IMG/VR virus record: IMGVR_UViG_3300021400_000072
Length of the DNA: 64,000 nucleotides
Source: a virus
Reading direction: 5' to 3' (one strand)
This document shows positions 41,336-54,813 of this stretch, one piece after another. The notes under the pieces are model-generated. The model was not told the origin of the DNA, ran no database searches, and worked only from the letters and a program-made list of their open reading frames with translations. Made by a program: the position numbers and the translations under genes. Each line of letters opens with the position of its first letter. Position 1 is the stretch's first letter.

Positions 41336-42255
41336 ACTACAACATAGAAATGAAAGATATTCAAGTGTGAATGTTTAAAAATTATATGGATTGGGAAATC
41401 AGCAGCCGAGCCTTGAACAGAGGAAGGTTCAACGACTAAGTACTTTACAATGCGTAAAGCAGTACAATACAGAATACAAAAGAAAGGTTATTATTATGAA
41501 ACAAATTATTATTGATAATATTAGTACCTCTTATTTTATTACTGAAGATGGAAAATGTTATAATTCTAAAACAGGTAAATATTTACAAGGACAATAGAAT
41601 TATAAAAACCATTATTTTTCTTATATGTTAACTATGCCAGACGGATCTAAAAAAAGACGTTATGCGCATAGATTGGTAGCTATGGCATTTTTACCTTAGC
41701 CATAGAATAAAAATAAAACAGAAATAAATCATAAAGATGGAAATAAATTAAATAATTACATTGATAATTTATAGTGGGTAACTCCTCAAGAAAATGCTCA
41801 ACATGCATTAAAAAATAATTTAAGAAAATTTGAGCATGTTTTTTGTTTCAATAAAGATCAACAATTAGTTGCAGAATATAAAACTGTAAAATAGGCAGCT
41901 AAAGCTGTCAAAATTAATGAATCTTTAATATATCAAGAATTACAAAAAGAAATAAAAACTCTTTCTGGGGGTTTTTATTGGTCGAAAGAAAAAAAATTAA
42001 AAAAAATAAAGAATTATCCAAATTTAGGAAAATCAAAAGAGGTTTTTCAATACGATTTAAATGGACGTTTTATTAATAAATACAATTCTACAGGAGAGGC
42101 TGCTAGAAGTTTAGGAGTTTCTTCTAATTCACATATAGGAGAATGTTGCAGAGGTAAAATAAAAACATATAAAGGTTTTATATGGAGATATTCTGAAGAT
42201 ATAGTCTCGCCTTCAGAGAAATCTGAAGAGAGTGATTGCGGTCACTCGTAAGATA
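41336..42255 (+). mobile_element. probable group I intron carrying an HNH homing endonuclease ORF, inserted in terL
   Basis: Non-coding flanks have GGGAAATCAGCAG (P4-like) and CAACGACTAAGT (P7-like); ORF 41496..42251 has NHKDGNKLNNYIDNL-x-WVTPQEN (HNH) and a NUMOD-like ...GEAARSLGVSSNSHIGECCRGK. Confidence 0.5.
41496..42251 (+). CDS. HNH homing endonuclease with C-terminal NUMOD-like HTH
   Basis: See the intron entry; 5 in-frame TAGs. Confidence 0.65.
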
Positions 42256-43125
42256 AGTGAGATCGTTATGGAGCGGAGACGCTTAGAATGCATTTTTCTC
42301 ATCTTAGGTTTTTGATAAACATAGAGTATTGCGGCAGCCGGAAGGAGAGTATAGCGGCAGGTCTAGTAGATCAGCCTATTATGTACTAGGAGTTGACGTT
42401 GGCCGTATAGGATGTACGTCGGAAGTAGCTGTTTTTAAGTGCACCCCGCAACCGCAAGGAGCAGCAATTAAATCTTTAGTTAATCTTTATACTTTTGAAG
42501 AGTAGCATTTTGAACAACAAGCAATACATATAAAGAAAATATATTATAAATATAAAGCTAGAAAGATTGCATTAGATACAAATGGTTTAGGAATCGGTCT
42601 TTTAGACTTTATGGTACTAGCACAGGAAACAGATGACGGTGACTACCTTCCGCCATTTGGTGTTTAGAATGATGAAGAAGGTGTTTATAAAAAAATTTTT
42701 AAAGGAATATCTTAGTATTAGAAAGATGCTATATTCCAAATAAAAGCTAACGCTCCAATTAATACATAGGCTTATTCTTATGCTCAAACACAAATGTCAA
42801 GTGGAAAAATTAAATTTTTAATTGATTAGGCTTAGGCTAAAGCAAAATTAATGTAGACAAGAACAGGTCAAAATATGACTCCAGATAAAAGAAATGAATA
42901 TCTTCGTCCTTTTGTTTTAACTACAGTATTAAGATAGCAAATGTTAAATTTAGTATAGGATAACGAAGGTGTAAATATTATTTTAAAACAAGATAGTCGC
43001 GGAATAAAAAAAGATAAATTTTCTGCTTTTGTCTATGGATTATATTTTATTAAACAAGAAGAGTAGCGGAGTCGTAAAAGAAAAAAGAGAGATTTAAGTA
43101 AAATGTGTTTATTTACACCTTATTA
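42256..43125 (+). CDS. terL: terminase large subunit, C-terminal RNaseH-like nuclease part
   Basis: ...EYSGRSSRSAYYVLGVDVGRIGCTSEVAVFKC..., ...KIALDTNGLGIGL...; frame opens right after the HNH stop; exact 3' splice site not determined. Confidence 0.55.
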
Positions 43126-43213
43126 ATTTTTATAAAATAATGGACAAAATTTAACAAAAAGATTTTTTTATTTTTAATATTATTATAGTTAAAGAAAGGA
43201 GAATATATTTTAT

Positions 43214-43573
43214 ATGAAGTCTTCTCGTGCAGAAATAAAAATATGTTAGATTTTATAGCAGGCAGGTCTAGATTTTCAGGAAGAATATAGTTTTCCTGAT
43301 TTAATAGGTCGTGGCGGCCATGCTTTACGTTTTGATTTTGCTGTTTTTGATGATGATGGAGAATTATGGTTTTTAATTTAGTATCAAGGTATTCAACATT
43401 ATAAAGCAAAAAGTGTTTTTGGCGGAATGTCAGGGCTAAATCAACAACAGTACTATGATATGCAGAAACGTTAGTATTGTAAAAAGCATGGTATAAAACT
43501 TTTAATAATCCCGTATTGGGATGAATATCAGATAAGTTATGATTATATTATGAACTTAGCTGATGTCTATTGA
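43214..43573 (+). CDS. PD-(D/E)xK-like nuclease fold protein (~119 aa)
   Basis: ...LRFDFAVFDDDGELWFLI-x-YQGIQHY...; 5 in-frame TAGs. Confidence 0.4.
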
Positions 43574-45260
43574 AGGCGGTGATTTTTTGGTAAATAGAAA
43601 AGAAGAGATAAAGAAAAAAGGTTTTAGAATGAGACCTTCTTTACAAGATACCAATGAAACATACTCCCCCGCATTAGACTTTTCAAAAATAAAAGTAGGT
43701 GTAAAAACTCTTGAAGATGCTGTTGTATCTTTGGGAGAATTTAAAAGAATTAATCCTAGACTTGGTGATAAGCAATAGGTGCTTAAAGCTATCAATAATG
43801 GGAATAAAGCTATGATGATAGAAATATCTAATTTCTTTTATCGTACCAGCGGTATTTATGCAAGATTATGTAGATATATGGCATACTTGTATAAATATGA
43901 TTGGTTTATTACTCCTTTTGTAAAAGGATGTTAGGGCTTATTAGACCCTGATAGCGGATTAGGTAGTATATAGACAAGTGAATAGGATAAAGAAAAGAAA
44001 AAACAATTTCAAAATTTCTTTAAAGTATTAAAATTCTTTTAGGCTTTTGAAGTAAAACGCTTTTGTGGTGAGGTTGCTTTAAAAGTAATAAGAAACGGTA
44101 GTTATTATGGATATTTATTACCTCAAGGCAATAAGGTTGTAGTGCAATAGTTACCAGTAAAATATTGTAGATCTAGGTTTAAGATTTCAAATCGGCCAGT
44201 AGTAGAATTTAATATGAAATATTTTAGAGATGCGTATCCTGATGAAACACAGCGTTATCGTATATTAAAACTTTTTCCTAAAGATTTTCAAAAAGGCTAC
44301 AAATTATATATTGGCGGAAAGCTAAAACCTGATTTCCCTGGAGACGAGTCAGGATGGTATGTATTAGATCCAAAAAGTACCGTAAAATTTAATATTAATG
44401 AAGAAGATTTCCCTCCTTTTATTTCTGTTATTCCCGCTATAATCGACCTGGATGCCGCACAATAGTTAGATAGAAAAAAGATGGCACAGAAACTTTTAAA
44501 AATCATTATTCAAAAAATGCCATTGGATAAAAATGGTGATTTAATTTTTGATGTTGATGAAGCACAAGAATTACATAATAATGCTGTTCAAATGGTTAGT
44601 CGTGCTATTGGTGTTGATATTTTAACTACTTTTGCGGATGTTTAGGTTGCAGATATGTCTGACAGAGGAACAACAACAACCATTGATGATTTATAGAAAG
44701 TATAGAGAACGGTTTATAATGAAGCTGGTGTTTCACAATTACAATTTAATAGTGATGGTAATATAGCATTAAATAATTCTATTGCTAATGATGAAGCATC
44801 TATGTATAATTTATTAACTCAGTTTGAATCTTTCTTAAATCTATTGTTAGAACCTTTTAATAAATCACCAAAAAGATGTTATTATCAGGCGCAATTCTTA
44901 CCTACAACTATTTATAATTATAAAGATTTGGCTAAGTTATATAAAGAACATGCGCAAATGGGTTATACGAAAATGCTTCCTCCCGTTGCGTTAGGTCAAA
45001 CACAGAGTTCGGTATTAGCAAATGCGTTCTTTGAAAATGATATTCTTGATCTTGTTAGGGTCTTTGTTCCTCCGCTTACTTCTAATGTTATGAATGCAGA
45101 GGCTTTACAGCAAAGATCTGCGGTAAATAGAAGTGGTGAAAACGGACAATCTGGTGGTGGAAAAGAACCTTCTGGTAGTAAACCGGAAGGTGCTGGCCGC
45201 CCGGAAAAACAAGATAATGAGAAAACAGAGAAAACAATAATGAATAAATAGAGTATGTAA
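43563..45260 (+). CDS. portal protein (~565 aa), TAG-recoded
   Basis: Size, position after terL, acidic C-terminus; frame verified from ATG 43563 to TAA 45258. Confidence 0.55.
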
Positions 45261-45271
45261 GGAGAAAGATA

Positions 45272-46618
45272 ATGGCATTAGCACATCAAAGTATTGCTAC
45301 TATTAAATCTCCTGAATTTATAAACTTACAAACCTTAGATATAAATCCTCTAATGTCCTCTTGTGAGATTAAAGTTTTTTATTTAGGAGAAAATCGTAAC
45401 GGTAGTTTTATATCAAAATAGGTTGCTACGGAAATGGCTAAAACTTTACGTGGCGCGCCTATTGTTGGATATTATAAAAAAGATAAAGAAGATTTCGCAG
45501 ACCATGGCGATCAAGTCATCTTAGACGATGAAGGTTTTCATTTTAATTGTTTAACTAAACCATATGGTTTTGTGTCTCCTGATGCAAAAGTGTGGTTTCA
45601 AGATTTTGAAGATACAGATGAGTTTAATAATAATGTTATTAGAACTTATTTAATGACAACAGGTTATCTATGGACAGGACAATTTGAATAGGCTAAACAA
45701 GTCTTTGATGACGGCGGAAAGCCTCAGTCTATGGAATTAGATGAAAAAAGTTTACAAGGTCATTGGGCAAAAAATTCAAAAAGTAATATGGAATTTTTTA
45801 TTATAAATGACGCAATATTTTCAAAGTTATGTATTTTAGGTGACAATGTATAGCCTTGTTTTGAAGGCGCATCTGTAACCTCTAATACATTTAAGTTAGA
45901 TAAAGATTTTTCAAATACTTTATTTAGTATGATGAAAGATCTAAAATATGCCTTAGAAAAAGGAGGACAACCAGAAATGGCAAAACTTGAAAATCAAGCT
46001 CCTGAAGAAGTAAAGGACACTTTTGTTGAAACTTCTTTTGAGAAAAAAGAAGAAGAAAAGAAAGAAGAAAAATCTGATTCTCAAGGAGAAGGTACAACAG
46101 AAGATAAAGAAGAAGAAGATAAGAAAAAGAAAGAATATACCGCAAAAGACGATAAAGAAAAGAAGGATTAGGAAAAAGAAGATTCTTCTGACGATAAAGA
46201 GGATTCTGCGGAAGAAGAAAAAGAAGATGAAGATAAGAAGAAAAAGTTTACAGCTTTACAGGCTGATTACGAAATCTTATCTCAAAAATATTCTGATTTA
46301 GAAAAAGAAATTGCTTCTTTAAGAGAATTTAAACAAAACATTGAAGATAAAGAAAAGGATGCCTTAATTAATCAATTTTTTATGTTAACAGATGAAGATA
46401 AGAAGGATGTTATTTAGAATAAGTCTAAGTATACTCTTGAAGAAATCAAATCAAAATTAGCAGTAATTTGTTTTGATAAAAAGGTCAATTTTAATTTAGA
46501 AGAAGATTCTGAAAATGAAAAAGATTAGAAGGGTATTATTACTTTCAATGTTGTAGAAACAGAAGATCCAGACCCTGAATGGGTAAAGGCTGTTAAAGCC
46601 AATATGGTTAATTTTTAA
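45272..46618 (+). CDS. scaffolding-like protein with long acidic K/E/D low-complexity region
   Basis: Between portal and capsid; EEEKKEEK... region; coiled-coil C-terminus. Confidence 0.5.
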
Positions 46619-46635
46619 TTAGGAGGAATGTTAAT

Positions 46636-47229
46636 ATGGCTGTTGATAAAACAAGAAAAGGCTTCGGACAAGTTGAACCGAACCATCTTTCAGCTAGATA
46701 TACTGGACAAATTTACGCTCAGTTACCTGCAAAAGATTCAGAAGGCAATGCTATTAAACAGCTTGAAAATGGTCAATTTCTAAAATATGACTATGCGGCA
46801 GGCTGTGCTAGCGATAATAATGCTTCTGCAGGGGAGTGGATGTTAGTATTTAATGAGGAAAAACTATATGATGAGCGTTATCAGAATCACAGATATTTTG
46901 CTCTGAAAAATACAGATTTTACTGATAAACTTATTTATCCTCGTCTTTTAAAGACAAATATTGGTGATATTTTCACAACTAATACTTTTAAATCAACTGA
47001 TGAAACACCTAAAACAGTAACTACTGGAGATTAGGTTATTAATTTACCTACTCTTGCAGTTGGTGCTACTGTTGTAGTTGGTGATGATGGTTGGTTAAAA
47101 GCAGGAACTCCTAGCGCAGGACAAATGGCTTTTAAGGTAGTTCCGCATTTTACACAAATTGGAACAACTGGTGTTGATTATACTCTTGGAGATATGCAGT
47201 ACGCTGTTAAGCTTCAGAGAGTGCAATAA
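46636..47229 (+). CDS. minor capsid / decoration-like protein (197 aa)
   Basis: Immediately upstream of the capsid gene; one TAG. Confidence 0.4.
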
Positions 47230-47249
47230 TAAGATAGGAGGATATAGAT

Positions 47250-48323
47250 ATGGCTTTAGATAGAAAACAACTACAAGCATTAGCTAAGGCTACTGCTAAG
47301 GCTTCATTAAATCCTTCTACTACTTTTGCTTTTAATAATACAAATTTAACTTTTGAAGCATTAAATGAAACCTTTAGAGATGAAATGAATAAACTTGCGG
47401 GTACTTATGCTGAGTATCGTGAGAATAAGAATCTTATTTTCAATTTAATCGAAATTGGCTTAGATGAGATTCTTCCTGCAAAAGTTATGCAGAATTATGG
47501 CCAGTTTGCTGACGTTAAAACTTATGCGCAGGGTGACAAGCCTGTATTCCGTGTAAGAATTAGTGAAGCTTCTAAGAAACGTGCTAAGAGTTTCGTAACA
47601 AGAGTTGGTCTTGCTGGTAGATATGAAGTCTTCAAGCTAGATGGATACACACTTGAAGTTCCTACAGCAGCATACGGCGGAGCAGCTTCTATCGGATTCG
47701 AAGAGTTCCTTGATGGACATATCACAATGAGTGATGTTTATGATTTAGTTCTTGAAGGACTTGACGAAGCTGTTTATCGTGAGATTGCTAAGGCTCTTGT
47801 TGCTATGGCAGAAGATACAGATTTTAATCCTTATAATAAGGCTACTGGTGCAGGATTCGACGAAGCAGAATTTGATCGTCTACTTGCTACTGCTGATGCA
47901 TATGGTCAAAGTACAATCTATTGTACATTTGAATTTGCGGCAACTATGCTTCCCGCAGATGCTAATTGGATTTCAGAAAGCATGAAGAATGAAAAGTGGA
48001 ATAATGGATATTTCACTCGTTATAAGAGACATGGTGTAATTGTTCTTCCTCAAAGTTTTGAAGATGCAACAAATAGCACAAAAGTTATTGATCCTAGTTA
48101 CGCGTGGATTATTCCTAGTGGTGCTGAAAAACCTGTAAAGGTGGCTTTTGAAGGTCAAACAGCTGTCCGCGAACATGAAAATGCTGACTGGTCAAGATAG
48201 ATTCAGACTTATAAGAAACTTGGTATTGCGGTTTATAATGTGAATCCTGGCATTTGCTTCTATAAGAATACTGCTCTTGAAAAGGCAAATATAGTTCCTG
48301 TGATCCCAGACCCAAACCCGTAA
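47250..48323 (+). CDS. major capsid protein (HK97-fold-like, ~357 aa)
   Basis: Position, size and strong terminator after it; ORF-track ORF extends through one TAG to TAA 48321. Confidence 0.55.
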
Positions 48324-48392
48324 TCCCTGACGGCGGAAAAACAAGTAATGTTGTCGGTCAGGGCCAAGTAGGCTTTATGAAGATTTAAGAAA

Positions 48393-48437
48393 ATGCCACT
48401 AATAAAGATATTTTTTATTAGTGGCATTTTTTTTATA
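48393..48437 (+). terminator. strong intrinsic terminator after capsid gene
   Basis: AATGCCACTAATAAA-gatattt-TTTATTAGTGGCATT + T8. Confidence 0.75.
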
Positions 48438-48462
48438 AAAGGAGATAAAAGGAGATAAAAAA

Positions 48463-49002
48463 ATGGAACGTACAACTAGAATTAAAGTTTTAAATAGAGA
48501 TAATGGATCCGTAATATATTCTATTCCTGAAATGAATGGACTTCGGAGGGTTTTTCAGGCTGGAGAAACAAAAGAAGTTACCTTTGAAGAATTAGAAAAA
48601 TTATCTTATATACCTGGCGGACTTAGATTATTAAGAGATAGTTTAATTATTAAAGACGAAGAAGCCATTAAATTATTATTAGGACAGGTTTAGCCTGAAT
48701 ATTCTTATACTGAAAAAGATATTATTAAATTAATGCAAGAAGGGACTTTAGATGAGTTTTTAGATTGCTTAGATTTTGCTCCATAGGGAGTAAAAGAACT
48801 TATTAAAAGATTATCTGTAAGTTTACCATTAAATGATGTAGCTAAACGAAAGGCTATTTTAGATAAAATTGGTTTTAATGTAGATAATGCAATTAGAATT
48901 AAGCAAGAATCTTCTGAACCAACTGAAGAAAAACCTATTGTAAAAAGAAGAGTTCAAAAAACTTAGGAAAATAAAACACCTGTTCGTCGTGTTGTAAAAT
49001 AA
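48463..49002 (+). CDS. hypothetical structural protein (~179 aa)
   Basis: Frame continuous through 3 TAGs to TAA 49000. Confidence 0.45.
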
Positions 49003-49019
49003 AGAAAGGAGGTGTAACA

Positions 49020-49562
49020 ATGTCAGAGAATTATACACCCTTTTCAGATGTTTATAATAGTTTTTTATCTAAAATCACGGATGATATGTATATGGAACTT
49101 ACCGTAGAAGATACTTATAAAATACTGTATGAGTTAGTGGTTGCCGCACTTCCTAAATTTTAGTTTCCTCGACAAGATTTATCTTATCAACAAATTTTTG
49201 TTGAAGGATAGGATGAAGATGATGAAGGAGATTTAATTTGGGCTTTTGTAAATAAATTAACTCCATAGTAGATAAATATAATTTCTACTTATATGATTGT
49301 AGAGTGGGTTGGACAACAATTAGCTTCTATTGAAAATACCCGTATGAAATATAGCGGAAGTGATTTTAAATTTACGTCACAGGCTAATCATATGCAAAAA
49401 TTATTACAATTAAAAAAGGATTATGAGCGGGAAGGTTTTCATTTACAACGTTTATATAAAAGAAGAAAAAAGGATGATACTGGAGTATATAGATCTACTT
49501 TTGGAACAATAATGCAGAATCATCCAGAAGGAGGGGCATCAGTATGGCACAATTATTTTTAA
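49020..49562 (+). CDS. head-tail connector/adaptor-like protein (~180 aa)
   Basis: Position; 5 in-frame TAGs. Confidence 0.35.
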
Positions 49563-49859
49563 AATACGGTGTCTCTATAGATAAAGAAAGTTTTTCTATA
49601 AATATAAAAAGAATTATAAATCAATTATATAAAATACTTCCTATGAGGGAAGAGGGAAAAGATTGGCAAAAACCGTTAGAGACTTTAATTGAATAGTTAT
49701 GTGGAATGAAAAGATTGTTATATAATCAAGACAGCCTTTTCTTTACTTTAATATGTAAAATGGAGGGACTATTTGATTTAACTGATGACGAGAAAGATAT
49801 GCCATTATATAGGCGAACAATTTTTGAATGTCTTAGTTTATTAAATAGTTTAAATTATA

Positions 49860-51161
49860 ATGATTTTGAATCTTGATAGTTTAAGAAACAGAGCTACGTT
49901 TAAAGATGATAATGAGCATTTCCTTTAGGAAAAGAACTTTGGTCTTAATACTTTACAATCAAGATTGAATATAAGAGGTGGACATGACCAATGGACAAGA
50001 ATGAGATAGGATAAACTACGAAGTTTATATAGTGCTTTATTCTCATCTTATCAACGGGCAATTGTTCAAAAATATGATGTTAAAAAAGATAGTTTAGCAA
50101 AAAATATTATTTCAATAATTACTATATTACAAGATAAAGGATAGTTATCAGATAGCCAAAATCAATTTTTAAATAAAATTGAAAGTTAGTATAATTTTTT
50201 AAATGCGGAAAGAGATACGGTACAGTATATAAAACAATTATAGCGTATTGTAGATTCTTTGGTTGATAGTGAACCTTTATTTAGATGTTTAATTAATCAT
50301 GATAAATTAAAGGTAGATTATTAGGATAAAATTATATCTATTCCGTTTATGTAGCCTCCTATTGGAGAAGATGAATCTATTGAAACTGATTTTCATAATG
50401 GAACTGTTTTTAAATGGGTACATGGGAATAAATAGGAATGGACTCCTGATACATATTGGATTGTATATATGCAATACTCAGAAGAAACAGCTTACTTTAG
50501 AGCAGAGATTCGAAAAGCAGATGAAGAAATTGAAATTATAACAATAGATGATGAAGGTAATGAAAATACAGTTACTTATCACGGTTGGATGACAGGACCT
50601 AATGAAACAACAGCTTTATGGAATACTAAAAAAGGTGTTGTTTGGAATGATATGAATTATACTAAACTATTATATATAACAAAAGATGAAGATACATTAG
50701 CGTTTTTTCAGCGTTTTGATAGAATTATAATTAATGGAAAACCTTGGTAGGTGCAAGCATATAATGAAAGTTATAGCACTAATAAACGCGGAGATGCGGA
50801 AACCGGTATAATTAGAGTGGCACTAAAAGAAACCTATACGAATACTCCTCAATTTGTAAAGGAAACGATATAGGATTTAGATAAACAACAAGCTGATAAA
50901 TAGGTTTATGACGCTACTCATACATAGGGATATATTGATGGACCTGCAGTTGCCGCACCTTATGATAGGTTGGTTTATACTGCAAAGAACCTGGATCCCG
51001 CAGAGTGGTCTATATCAGATTCTACTCTTGCTAAAATAGTTTCAATATCTGAAGATGGAAAAACTGTTAAAGTAGATATATTAACGGGTTTTTCAAATAA
51101 AGAAGGTTTTGAAATTAGTTATGGTGATTTAAAACTGAAAGTTCCTATTGTATCATTATGA
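49860..51161 (+). CDS. virion structural protein (~433 aa), TAG-recoded
   Basis: Frame traced from ATG 49860 through more than 20 TAGs to TGA 51159. Confidence 0.45.
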
Positions 51162-51180
51162 GGAAAAAGGAGAGTATTGC

Positions 51181-51813
51181 ATGAGAAAAGATTTAATATC
51201 TTTAAAACCTATTTATTCAACGTTTTTATCATGCGATAAAGATATATAGAAGATTTTAAAAGTACTTTTTGTTTAGAGTCGCCCACATAGTGATATGCTT
51301 AAAAGACTTTTGATTATAAATTCAAAAGATTGTTTAGAAAATAATGCGGAATATCAACGTGTTATTGATAATTTTTCTTTAAAGGATTTAATTGATAAAG
51401 GTTATATTAGATTAAATCCTAAAATTTCAAGGGGCACTCATTAGGAAGTAAAAAGTTATATTCTTATTTCTTTAGATAATTTTTCTCCTAATTTTAGGAA
51501 TCCATAGTATCGAGATTATATAATTAATTTTGACATAGTATGTTATAATGATACTTGGGTATTAAATAATTATAAAATTAGACCTTTAGCAATTTGTGGT
51601 TATATAGAAGGAATATTACGAAGTTTAACTTCTTCTACATCAAAAGATAAAAAATCTTATGATGCAGATATAAAATTAACAGGTATTGGAAAATATGAAT
51701 TAATAGGCTGTAAACAAGTAGTTTTAAATGAAGATTTATCTATGTATACATTATCTTTTAGAGGGATGCATTTTACAGAAGATATAGGACAGATAAAAAT
51801 AAATGGAGAATGA
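51181..51813 (+). CDS. hypothetical structural protein (~210 aa)
   Basis: 5 in-frame TAGs; TGA stop. Confidence 0.45.
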
Positions 51814-52546
51814 ACTTTTATATTTATCGGGAAACGATATTCCTTTTGAATAGGCAAGATTAATTTTACATCAACCTACTATAAAAGAAATTGCTTACAT
51901 AGGAGAAAAGAACTTTTTTACAGGATGTTAGTTTTTAATATTTTCAAAAGAAAAAAATTTATAGGATAAGGACAAAATTCTTTTAGAAGATTCTAATGAT
52001 TTTAAAATATTAATGACAATGATAAGACAAGATAATGTAATAGCTAAGAATTATAAAATTTGTATGCATATGGTTCTAACATTAATATTTCCTTAGTATA
52101 AAATAGATTTTTTACCTTTAAGTATTAGATTACTAAAAGATAAAGAATCTTTTTTTATAGATGAAAATAATTTTGATAAATTTAAAGAAATTATTTAGAA
52201 AATGTTTTGTTTAGGTGCAGGTTAGAATTCGTCAAGGTACAATCCTGGCGGACCACAGGCTGCCGCACTTGTTAAAAAATTTCAAGAGCGAGCAAGGAAA
52301 TTAGCTAAATTAAAAGGTCAATCGGAAGATTAGATAAATATTTTTTCTTAGTATATTTCTATTTTGGCGGTTGGTCAACAAAAAAATATGAATTAGTTAT
52401 TACAATATACCGTTTATCAATTATAGAATGAAATGCGCCGTTTTAGAATGAAAATGGGATATGATATATATATTCAAGCTAGAATGGCAGGCGCACAAAA
52501 TTTATAGGAAGTTAAAAATTGGATGGAAAAAATTTCCACCGATTAA
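51803..52546 (+). CDS. hypothetical structural protein (~247 aa)
   Basis: About 12 in-frame TAGs; TAA stop. Confidence 0.45.
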
Positions 52547-52566
52547 ATTTTTAAGGAGGAAAAAAC

Positions 52567-53634
52567 ATGAAGTTTGGTGTACGCGAATGTGCAAATATTG
52601 TTTTCCGTGCAAAACAAGAGACTGTTATTGGAACTTCAAGATTCCATGTTGGTCAACCAGTACTTTATATTGATACAGCAACTACATCTGCAATGGAGCA
52701 GGCTAGTTCAACTGTGTACGCACAGGGTGGTCCTGGTAATTCTAGATTAATTGCTTGGGAAGGTGATAAAACTCTTACATTTACTGTTACTGATGCGCTT
52801 ATCTCTCCTGTTTCTCTTGCTATGCTATCAGGAGCGGGTCTTATTAAAGAAGCAGGTAAAAGAGTTCATGTACATGCAACAACAGCTGCAACAATGACAG
52901 TTGCAAATTCTGGCACTACTGCTACTGGTACTATTGATTTAACAGATGCTCTTACAGAGTTTGGTACAATTAGTCCTACTACTACAGGAGATAATATTAA
53001 AGGTGTTACTGTTGACGCAGGAACAGACGCTCCTTTATTTATTATAAAGACAGAAGATGATGGTTCTATTACAGGTGATATTGTAACTTCTGGAGAAAAT
53101 ATTACCTATACAGTACAAACAACTGGTTCTGGTGCTAGTTTAAAAGTTACAAAAGCTATTTTAACTATTACAAATCCTACATGGAATAATGATGATAATA
53201 AGAAAATTACTTCATCTGTAAATGTATTAGTTGATTATTATGTTGTTAAGAATGCAGAAAATGTATCTGAAATTCAGATTACACCTGCGGACTTTGCTGG
53301 TTACTACTATGTTGAAGCTGATACTCTATTTAGAGCACAGGCTACTGGTATTGATATGCCTGCTAACTTAACATTCCCTAATGTTAAAGTTCAGTCTGGA
53401 TTTACAATTACCATGGCAGGTACAGGTGATCCTTCTACATTTGACTTTACAATGGATGCTTTCCCTGGATATACTTATTTTGATAAGTCTAAACAGGTTC
53501 TTTGTGTAATTCAAGTTGTTGAAGATAGTTTAGCTGCTACTTCTGTTGGACATAGCGTAATGCTTGAAAACGATGCTAGAGAGCATAGTGATATTTTAAC
53601 TGGTGATAGTGATTTATCTGAACCACAGGGTTGA
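52567..53634 (+). CDS. major tail (tube) protein with Ig-like domain; no TAG codons
   Basis: T/S/G-rich beta-rich 355-aa protein upstream of chaperone + tape measure; followed by a strong terminator. Confidence 0.55.
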   Translation: MKFGVRECANIVFRAKQETVIGTSRFHVGQPVLYIDTATTSAMEQASSTVYAQGGPGNSRLIAWEGDKTLTFTVTDALISPVSLAMLSGAGLIKEAGKRVHVHATTAATMTVANSGTTATGTIDLTDALTEFGTISPTTTGDNIKGVTVDAGTDAPLFIIKTEDDGSITGDIVTSGENITYTVQTTGSGASLKVTKAILTITNPTWNNDDNKKITSSVNVLVDYYVVKNAENVSEIQITPADFAGYYYVEADTLFRAQATGIDMPANLTFPNVKVQSGFTITMAGTGDPSTFDFTMDAFPGYTYFDKSKQVLCVIQVVEDSLAATSVGHSVMLENDAREHSDILTGDSDLSEPQG

Positions 53635-53643
53635 TGATTAATT

Positions 53644-53690
53644 ATGGGAAAGGATGATTAAAAGTTATCCTTTCCCATTTTTTTTATTTT
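53644..53690 (+). terminator. intrinsic terminator
   Basis: ATGGGAAAGGAT-gattaaaagtt-ATCCTTTCCCAT + T8. Confidence 0.7.
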
Positions 53691-53703
53691 ATGGGAGAAA
53701 GTA

Positions 53704-54747
53704 ATGGGAGATTTTGATATTGCTACAGAAAGTTTTAAATAGCGTCTTTTAAAAGGAATTAATGATAAACAAGGTAAAAAACAAAAAGAATATATAAAAA
53801 GATTATAGAATTGTTTAGAGAAAATAAAAAAAACAAGTGAAATAAAAGAAAAGGCACAAAATAATAGAATTAAATGGAGTCAGTTAATGGGAGTTTCTTA
53901 TAGTATAATAAATTTAAAAGATATTGATAAAGCAGAAGAAAATTTAACAGGAGCAATTATAGAAGCATATCAAGAAGTTTTAAATATATTATCAGAATTA
54001 CAGATAATTGACAAAGTTAATTTTTCTATTACATATATTTCTGATACATATGAATATGCTCGTTTAGATGGAGATTTATCTTTAAAAAATTTTTCTTTAC
54101 AACGTACTTCTTCCAAAAAAGGTAATAAATTTGCAATTCGTATAAAAGAGTCTTCTTTACGTGAACAAATTGAAAATGCAAAAAGAAAAGAAAATTTTTA
54201 GAAATTAAATAGACATTTTAAAAATTATATTCAAATGTTTATAGACCGTGAAAATGAAGCAGCTGAACCTGGAGGCACAAATTGGAAAATTAATAAAGGT
54301 GTTTTAGCAGAAGTTTTTGAAAGGCACTTGGAAAATCAAAGTAATTAGATTTTTGATGATAGCGATTTTGAAAGTAGAGGAAGAAGATGGACGATGTATC
54401 GTCAGAGTTCTGGTTCAGATCCTTTCTGGACAGGGCCGGATACGAAATACGCTCAAGTAAAAACTACAAAAGCATCTTTAATAAGTAATGTAGATACAGT
54501 ATTAAACGCTGTATATGGAATGATTTATATGATAAAAAATCCAGATTAGTCAGATGAATAGATTTTAGATAATATTTTTAAACAAAAAAATGTATCAAAT
54601 GAAATTGATTCGGAGATATGGGAAACTTTAGAAGAGAAGGCTCAAGAAGAATTAAAAGAATAGCTTTCAGATTTAGGATTCACAGAACTTGCTCTTGTTA
54701 AGAAACAAGGAAGAAGACGGAAAAATACTTATATTCAATTAAATTGA
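53704..54747 (+). CDS. hypothetical protein (~347 aa), TAG-recoded
   Basis: Single frame through 8 TAGs to TGA 54745. Confidence 0.45.
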
Positions 54748-54813
54748 CAAAATAAAAAATTTTTGTTATACTATAAAAAATGAATTAATTTAAATTCAAA
54801 AGGAGATAAAAGG

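Noticed and set aside
45924-46301. ORFs 45924..46145(-), 45929..46171(+) and 46023..46301(+)
   Set aside because: Frame shadows of the scaffold gene's low-complexity acidic repeat; the real gene is the single recoded frame 45272..46618.
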